Source of the DNA: the human T2T-CHM13v2.0 reference genome, Homo sapiens
Assembly: GCF_009914755.1 (NCBI RefSeq)
Contig: NC_060940.1
DNA length: 64,000 nt
Direction: 5' to 3' (one strand)
The notes below the pieces were generated by a model, which did no database searches, had not been told where the DNA came from, and worked only from the letters and a program-made list of their open reading frames with translations. This document shows positions 54,474 to 64,000 of the stretch, piece by piece. The number at the start of each line of letters is the position of its first letter. Position 1 is the first letter of the stretch. Both the position numbers and the translations under genes were made by a program.

Positions 54474-54649
54474 AGTGGGTAGCTAATAATTGGTAGTACA
54501 ATTATTCAAACCCAGACCTCTTTTTCCTGAGACTTAAGGTTATAACAGTTTCTCTCTTAGTATCAAGCAACTTTTCTTTATATTAGTCAGTAGGTTGTTC
54601 GTGTCATTAATGAATTCATGAGATATGTTGGATTAATGGCTGTTTCATC

Positions 54650-54762
54650 CCTGAGATTCTAAGTTCCATTTGGCCAGGGACCTTGTCATTTAGTGTCCCT
54701 CCCAGAGTCTAGCACAGTGCCTGACACGTGGTTAACACTCAGTGAATATTTGTTGAATGAAC
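54650..54762 (+). mobile_element. L2 3' end
   Basis: ctagcacagtgcctgacacgtgg..ctcagtgaatatttgttgaatgaa. Confidence 0.75.
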
Positions 54763-57700
54763 TCAGAGTGGCAGATGCAAATGTGCTTTCAACCACTTCT
54801 ATGAAGTGTAAGGTGAACTTGATTTAGGGTTGTTTTATTTTGACACGCAACCATCTCTTTACAGTAGTTCTTGGAGTCCCAAATGGGAGTAAATACTTTC
54901 CTCCCAGCACACTGAGAATTAATTAAGGTTTGTGACATCTTTTAAAATCCCTTACAATGTATAGCCGCTTTCATCTGGCCAAGTGTAAGGCAGCATTATA
55001 GGGCCATTATTGGGCCTGGCACTAATGGGCATTTGTCACCTCCCCCTCCCCACTGCAACAGTGCATTAGACCTGTGCATACCCCAGTAATTGCTAAATAA
55101 CTCATGGAGTGCTTGGGTTGCTAAATTAAGAAATGAAATAATAGAGGGAAAATAGTAACAGGCATGTGGAATGAATAGAGACATCCTAATACAGAGGATT
55201 TGCTTGCTTGTATGTCTTTTAAATAAAGAGTATGACTCCAGTTAAGATTGCAAGAATGGATTTTTATAGACTTTGGGGTAGTTCAGTGGTTTTGTGGGAG
55301 GATGTATTTGACAGGTGGTCTCCTCTAGTTCTGCCTGATATTCTATGAGATGAGAAAAGTTAGTTTTCTTATACTGATTTGAGTATGGATGGCTCACCCA
55401 TCAAGGAGACAAATGAGAAGAGCCAGCTGGCTCCATGAGCAGGAGTAAAACAATGGTGATAATGCCTTTTCAACAATCATTGAAGAACAGGCTGGAAATT
55501 TAGGGAAGGGATGTCCTAGTGGAAAAAATAAATAAACAAGAATGGTAGGAGACAAGAATGAGAACCCTTCGTAGGCAAATTCATCTAAACCATTTCATTT
55601 AATGACCAAGACATTCAACTTCATTTTGAGTATTTTCATAGCTTCCTTTTGGTTTTTGGTCTGTCGATATAAATTAAAACAAATTTTGAAGAAAATAATT
55701 TAACCAAAACTCAACTCTTTAGAATTTCATAGTTAAAAAAAAGTTCTATGTCTAAGGACATAGAACATTCCTAAACTGCACTTGGGATTTGTTCAGTGTT
55801 TATTAGACATGTAAAATTAAGATGAAACTGTCCTTAGACAAATTAGTTTAAAATAAAATCCTTCGATACCAGACAATGGCAGTAAAGGGCACCTGGATGC
55901 TTGGATAGACATTCAAAAGGGGTTGAGAGGCAAACTCCAGGTGAAGTGGTTATTTGGGTGAAATGGGATGACAGCTGCTTCTTGGTGTTTGGCATGCAGA
56001 CAGAGGGCTCCTGCAGTCTCTTATCATCGTGGGGCTCTTATCAGAAGGATTTGTTGTGGGCGATGAAAGCACCATCCTTCACTGTGGTAGATGGTCACTT
56101 GGCTTCCTAGATGGTCATTCTCTGTTGGTGTAGGACTGGCCAGAATGGAGGGGACAGGAATCAGAGAATGGTGAGCCTCAGGGGATGGGCTGTTAGCCAG
56201 CTCGGTGACCCACAGGGGTTTCTCACACTGAGTGCAAGTCACATTGACTATGAAATTGATTTTATTAAAAATAAAAAAAGCTTCAGATTCATAATCTGGA
56301 TTCTAATCATTCTTTTTCAGGGACAGTATTGATGGAAAGTCTTTTCTGAATGAAGACAGTCAGTTCACCTTTCCTTCTTATAGTTTTGCTTTTGGCAGCT
56401 TCAGGTGGCTTTGCTTTCAGAGATTCAAAGGCTAAGCCTCTTTGGGGAAACTGAGGCAGTTACCCTCCGTCCCTCTCTCTTGTTGGTTTAAATGTGAACA
56501 GGGTCATTGTAAATTCAGGTAAGCTAGTGATGAGTGCCTTCTCTTTCATGTGCTACAGAGTCCAGAGGGCAACCCAGGATGAACACATTCCCTGAAGTGA
56601 ATACACCTTTGAGAAGCCTCCTCCAGCCCTTCTTGGTCAAGGTAGTTGTTAGAGCTGCTGTAAAAGATTTCTGGAGTATGGAGTCCAGAAAGTGAAAGGG
56701 AAGAGCTTTGGAGACTTTGGGACATAGTCCCTCCAGTCTAGCACCACCTTGCAGAAGTTTATGTTCCTGAAATTTCCTTTCGGTTCCAGGAGAGGAAATG
56801 AGTTGGAAGGCAGGGGAGCAGAGGGCTATGTCAGCTTCATGGCAGGCAGTTTCAGGCACTTTTTCTCTGGGCCATTAGTTTGCCGATGGTGGATTGTCTT
56901 TCCAGCAAATCTCTTTTGATTGCAACTGTATAATGAAGGCATGTTTTAGTGTCCTTCCAGCTCTAGGGAGAAGTCAAACTGGTTCCTTTTAGTTCTACTG
57001 AAACTATCATCACTGAGGCTTATTCACCTAGATTTTTCGAGCCACTGTTCCATCTTGAGGGCTTATGACTACTCTGAAAGATAGTAAAGGGGGCTTTTCC
57101 GCATGGGCAATTCAGATGGCATGAAGCAAAGTCTTGGGGCACAGACAGATCCCTCTTTGTTGAGACATGCTGGTCACTGTCTTCACCAGATGCCCACAAG
57201 AATAATTAACATGGTGATGAACCGTGCTCATGTGAATGATGGAAGGCAGGCAAACTCGCTTCTTCCTGCAGATCCAGGGGACCCAGCTTCTTCCTCTCAT
57301 CTCACCAGCTGTCATTCCTGTTCTACTGCTCTGACCTCTGGGAGGGTGACAGAGAACTCATGGATCTTGCTCACTTTCCTGGTCTCCACTTGAGATGTGA
57401 AAAGAAGCTCCCCTTTACCCTCCTCTCTGTATTTTTATTATTATCTCATATTCCACTGGCCTTGGCTAAACCAGGCTCCCTGACCAGAATCTAACTTTCT
57501 TGTTTTTTCTCTGCTGCTTCTCTCTGGCCCATAGGATTTTTTTTTTTTTTTCAGACAAAAATCTCATTCTCACAGATCAATGAGCATATTTTTCTACGCC
57601 TATTAGTTAGCCTAGGATTTTGTTCTTTTGAAACTCAAAAGACAGGCTCTTGAAACTCAAAAAGCCTTTTGCTCAAGACTGTAGTCCCTGCCTTGAGTTT

Positions 57701-58225
57701 CAAAGGACTGTTTTGAACCTCAAAGGCCAAGTACTGACTCTTTCTCTCTTTGGATCCCTGCTGAAAAAACAACAAAAAAAAACCCCACACTGAAGACAGT
57801 GGGCAGAGAATGCTCTAGCTGTTGACGGGGTAGCAGGAAGTACCTAAAACCAAAATAAATAAATAAACTACATCAGTTTCTGTTTTGTAATAATCCCAAA
57901 CTCATTCAAACAGGAAAGGGCTCAGAATTCAAATTCAGGTCAGCTTTTGGAGAGGACTAGGTGTTTAGACCATGGGAACCTATGTGTCTTCTGGAATTTG
58001 TCCAAGGAAAGCAGTGACATTTCAGGAATGAGTAACCATGGTGTGGAGTGCTTACACAGGAATAAGCTGAGCATTTTATATCCATCATCTAATTTTCACA
58101 GCAATCCTATAAAATAAGTGTTATTATACTTGTTACCATTTTGCAGATGGGAAAACTGAGACTTCAACAAGATTAGTCTTATTATTAACTAGTGATGCTA
58201 TTAAGAATCCAGCCCAGTTCTACAA

Positions 58226-58540
<315 letters not shown>

Positions 58541-58838
58541 CTAAATCACGGAAAAAGAAGTGGAGGGTGCATAGAGAAGGTTCAGTACTCGAGGAAAGTA
58601 AATAAAAAGGAGATGAATTGAAGGAGTTCCGTGGCATGGCTATTGTACATGCTGTCACTTTACCAGGGATGCCTTTCCCTCAGATCTTTTAAGGCTGCTT
58701 CTTTCATGCATGATTCAAGTCTCAGATCAAAATATTACAGAATTCATCACTGGCCACCTTGGCTGTCCACCCACAGCATGCACACACACATGTGCCCGCA
58801 GGCAAAGTTCAACAAATCCTGTTTAATTTTTAAAATAA

Positions 58839-59257
<419 letters not shown>

Positions 59258-59685
59258 AAGGTTAAGTATTTTGTAGATTCTGACTTTTTGTTTACCCCTT
59301 AGTGTCCAGAACAGTGCCTGGTTCATAAAGGTTACTTAAATAGATTTGAATGCATTTGGTTGAGTGAGAAGGGGCAGTCAGGAAGGTTAGGAGGAGAAGA
59401 GCCCCATTTCAGAATAAAAATGACGAGCATAACCATTTCAGAATAAAAAATGACAAGCTTAACCACTCACTGCTTTTCAACCTTGATGTCCAAAGCTGCT
59501 TAGGAAGGTCTGGCTGGTTTGCTTTGGGGCTGCCTCCTTAAATGAGGATCAGAAAGTACCTTTAATGTTTAGCTTCATTTGTTTATCAAAGGCAGAAAAG
59601 CCTTTGTCCTACATCACAGCTGGGATTCAGCAAGATGGGGACTTCCTCTGCCTTGTACTTCAGAATAGCCATGTGTAGCCAAAAC

Positions 59686-60830
59686 AGTGGTTTCTCAACT
59701 CTGCAATAATCCAGAAATGTGAAAATTTGGTTTCGAGACCCTCAGAGGAGGGGACCAAGGAGAAAAGTTCACATTATTACCTGGTTTCTAAAACCCTCTA
59801 GGAAGCTGGGAAGATCAGCTTCAGCCAGTTTGTCGAGTTCTGCAACTTTGGGATACCTTATTTGGGGCACTCCCCACCAAACACTGCATATATTGATTAA
59901 GTTTCAAAAAAGGAAGGGGTCTTAAGGTATAGCTACTCCAGCCCATTGTTGTGGTCCCACCCCTCAACAACCCTACCTGTCCCCCAACCACAAACTCGAT
60001 TCATTTGATGGTCACCTTCACAAATTTTTGTCATATCCAAGCACCAGCTGTGATTAATATTAAATATATGTAACATTATATATATTATATAGAGTATCAC
60101 ACATATATGTATATGTGTGTAAACATTTTCTTAGTATCTTTAGTTTGACTCTGCACTTAAATGAAAACTTTACATTATGAATATAAATGGAAAAGAAACA
60201 AAAGGTCTACCCTTCTGTAAGTAGAAGGAAATTATAAACATAATACGATGAGAAGAAAAAGTATTATACTTTCTTTTGCCTGTCCAACATGAGAGATTAG
60301 GAAAAGTTAGGTGCTAAAGACCAAGAAATAATAGAAATTAGACTTTCTCTTTTTTAAGTAATCAAAAAGAATGAAGAAGAATTGAAATGGGAGTACTTTT
60401 CTTACTGTGGTTTTTTTTTTTTTTTTTTTTTTTTGAGACAGAGTCTCACTCTTTCACCCAGGCTGGAGTGCAGGGGCATGATCTCGGCACACTGCAGTGT
60501 CTGCCTCCTGGGTTCAAGCAATTCTCCTGCCTCAGCCTCCTGAGTAGCTAGGACTACAGGTGCGTGCCACCATGCCTGGCTAATTTTTGTATTTTTAGTA
60601 GAGATGGGGTTTCACCATGTTGGCCGGGCTGGTCTTGAACTCCTGACCCCAAGTGATCCGCCTGCCTCGGCCTCCCAAAGTTCTGGGATTAGAGTAGTGA
60701 GCCACCATGTCCAGCCCTTACCGTGTATTTTAATATCACCTACTGCAGTGTTTGTGTCCCACGTAAAGTCAACCGGCAGAACAACTAAAGTAATGGTGGT
60801 GCTTGTCCTGAATTTGGGGAACCACTTCGT
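59686..60830. mobile_element. hAT-Charlie DNA transposon remnant(s), split by Alu
   Basis: cagtggtttctcaac at the left end and tttgggaaccact at the right end, typical Charlie TIRs. Confidence 0.5.
60411..60716 (-). mobile_element. AluS
   Basis: Poly-T plus antisense Alu. Confidence 0.94.
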
Positions 60831-61589
60831 TATCCAAATCTGCATTCCCATTTATAACATCTGGCCAAGTTATCATCAGTCCTGGCTTGATCATCTGCTC
60901 AGAGAGAAGGAAGCTCAGTTTCCCGAAGCAACCCACTCCAAGTTCTCTCTCTTTAGGGTGAGAAAGTTCTGCAACACATGAGCTTGGGTGGGGTGAGAAG
61001 GAAACAAGTTCTTTAAGAGCTTCTGAGTAGACAAGATATTTCAGGCAGATGGAACAGCATTTACAAAGGCAGAAGGAAAGAGACAGCATGGCCTATTTTA
61101 GGGGAACTGCAAGTAGTTCATTCAGCACGGCTGGATCTGCATTAAATGTCGAAAGGAAGGCGGAGAGGGGTGAGACAAGAGGTGGGAGGTGAGGCAGGTG
61201 GGAGCCTGACCCTGGAGAACCCCGCAGGTGGTGCTTCTGACTTTCAGTTTCAGCTTTGACACCAGCATGGAGCTGACTGTTTGTCCTTTGCTCTGGTATT
61301 TAGAGGTAAATTATTTTTGGGTGGCAATGGCATTTCCTTCTGGAAGAAATCTATTTTTGCTGTGTGAATATATTGATAAGTTTTTGGAGTGGGTGGAAGG
61401 GGTGTGAGAGCTTCTAGGATTTTGTTTTGCTTCGTGGGATATACAGACTAAAGGAGAGAGGGATGTGTAAGGAATCATAAAAGGGGATTTGTAGAAGGTT
61501 GGGTGACCTGGGGGTGGGGGAGAAAAGGCTGTTCGTGAAAGGAATGTCCACTGAAGGAGTAACAGAAAGCTGATGGGGAATTTGAGGAA

Positions 61590-62070
61590 GTTTCCGTTCT
61601 TTAGGCAGAAGCGGACACTGAGGCAAGGCTATATCATTTATTCAGGAGGGATATAGTTTACTTACACCTTTGAGGAAGTAGGAAGGTGGCACAGGGAAGG
61701 GAAAATAGGGGTGCATTAGTAAGACAGCTATCCTGGTGGGTGTCTAAAGCTTTATCCCATGGTTAAAAATACGCCTCACAGTCATCCTCACTAAAGGGCT
61801 AGGAAGGCGGAGTATTTTAACCCCCACCCTCTTAGTCAATGGGAAAGGGTTGTCTACAGGGAGATATTAATTTTCAGATATTAATTACCAGATATAAATA
61901 AATTCCCACATATTAATTACTGACTTGTGATGGGCACAGCTGGCTTCTGCAACTGGGAGCCGCCTTCCCACAAAGCTGGAGGCTCTGAAGGTTGGAAGTC
62001 AGAATGTTGAGCATGGAAATGGTAAGACATCCATATGGCTATGGGTGGAGCATCCCTAGCGCCCGCTACA
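61590..62070 (-). mobile_element. Old ERVL-type LTR remnant
   Basis: cagaagcggacactgaggcaagg..tttattcaggag; ends ..cgctaca. Confidence 0.45.
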
Positions 62071-62075
62071 CCTGA

Positions 62076-62380
<305 letters not shown>

Positions 62381-62574
62381 GCTACACTTGATTTGGGGTG
62401 TGTATCCAGTTTTCCATCAATCATGTGACATCTTCCATAATATGCCTGTATGTTGTTCATGCCATGAAAGTTGAATCTGATTGGAAGATGTGACTAATTG
62501 CTTAATGTGGACTTCAGTTGGCCTCCGCAGAGCAAGCAGGCCTGCTTCATCTGGGCTATACTGCTACACTGGAA

Positions 62575-63170
62575 CGGTTAGGTCTTTCTTAGTTGCATGA
62601 CAAAAACCCAGCTAAAATTGCCTTGAAACCAAGAAAAACAAAAGGTATTGGATCTTGGAATGAAAACGTCCGGTTGATGGTCTTCAGGAGAAGTATGATC
62701 TAGGAGCTCAAATGATCTAATCGGATTTTGGGTTACCTTTCTCCCTCTCTTTATCTCTGCGTTTCTCTGGCCTGATTTTATTCACTTCTTCTTGTGATAA
62801 GATAGTTTTCAGAAGCTTCAGGTTGCATCCTTTCTCCGCAGTCACCCCAGTAGAAAGATGACTCCTTTTAACAAAAAAAATTACAGTGACTTCCAAGACT
62901 GAGCAGCATTGGCTCTGTCTGTCCTTCCTTGGGCCACGTGCACAAACCAGAACCTCTCACTGAGGGCAGGGTGCTGCTCTGCTCTGATCTGGCCAGCTGA
63001 GCTCACATGCCTGCCTACCCTTGGAGCTAGATTTGGGTTAAATTCCTCCTTATTCTTGCAGACAAAGTAGTAGAAGAGGAGCTAGTCCCTAAGATAAAGT
63101 GGGTACTATTGGATAGAAAAATAAGAGAGAGTAGATGTTGGGCAAGGAAATACAAGAGGTATTCACAACA
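62575..63170 (-). mobile_element. Old MLT1-type LTR remnant
   Basis: tttcttagttgcatgacaaaaacccagctaaaattgcctt. Confidence 0.45.
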
Positions 63171-63805
63171 ACAACAAAACAACAACAACAACAACAACTC
63201 TGAAAAGATGCTCAGATGCTTGGAGGCCTGGAAGCTGAGGCCTATTTCAAGGGCCTATTATGAAATTAGCACATCCATTAAATCAGCTTCCATGGTTCCA
63301 AATTCCCAGTCATGACAACCATCCCCCTTCCTGAGCCAGACCTACCGCTTCCTTTCAGAACTGCTGACACTAATGATGGATGAGGGTGTCAGGGTTTCCA
63401 AGACACTGGATTTCCATTGACTGCTATAACCTTGAGCTACAGGCTTTATTGGCAGTATTTAACGCAAATCTGTTTTCCATCCTTGTCAGATCCCACTTCA
63501 ATATGCGCCACAGGAGGAGAAGTCGAATGTGAAATTGATTTCTTTAATGGGGAGTGCTCTGCAGCAGATAGCAACACTTCCGGAGATGCATTAGCTGGAT
63601 TACAACTGAATCTTTTCTTGCTCGCTCTGAGGGACTCTCTCCTTTGCCAGAAGGATGTGACTCTGAGCTCATCGTTTGCCTAATTGTTTCTTAGACTGGA
63701 GAACAAGAAAGTCGGGGCTCTCCCCTCCGGCCCCTAGGTCAGAAGCAGGGACTTCCCATCGCCAGACTTGCTAGAGAAGATTGAAATTTAGGAATTAGTG
63801 TCTTA

Positions 63806-63872
63806 TGATTGCTAAGGGTGATGGTGTCTAAATGTTTCTTAGCAACATTTAGACACAATCAATAAGCAATCA
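63806..63872. repeat. Inverted repeat/hairpin with a perfect 13-bp stem
   Basis: GTGTCTAAATGTT-tcttagc-AACATTTAGACAC (63824-63856) with outer TGATTGCT..AGCAATCA. Confidence 0.9.
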
Positions 63873-64000
63873 GTGGTTGAAATCATGTGAATGAACACTT
63901 AGAAATCTGAGGACTGGTATTCTTGATTCTTAGTGGGATTTTAGGGATTCTTCATGCTGTAAGTTGAGATTTCAGGGTGGTTTTTCTAGAATGTAGTGAG

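Noticed and set aside
56300-56410. Splice-acceptor-like sites suggesting a coding exon
   Set aside because: No recognisable protein similarity or convincing donor; a lncRNA exon cannot be excluded

Overview
Gene-poor, CpG-depleted primate genomic DNA (AluJ/S/Y, L1PA, THE1, MER41), with no intact protein-coding gene, RNA gene, CpG island or CRISPR array. The ORF track is almost entirely Alu, L1 or simple-repeat noise. Beneath the usual Alu/L1/L2/MIR/MaLR/ERV/hAT layer, manual six-frame reading shows three very old fossils. (1) A heavily decayed but near-complete Ty3/Gypsy LTR retrotransposon on the minus strand (~26.3 kb to ~13.6 kb): gag, zinc knuckles, protease, RT, RNase H, integrase, a polypurine tract and a candidate 3' LTR, with Mag-like motifs, split by MIR, L2, MLT1, L1 and Alu insertions. 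(2) An ancient processed TRAF7 pseudogene at the window start. (3) Several CR1/L3 RT fragments. There are also two apparent local templated insertions, a twin-primed L1, a truncated MER41 retaining one GAS motif, a CTCF-like site and several hairpins and duplications. All family calls rest on recalled consensus motifs, not database searches; boundaries are approximate.
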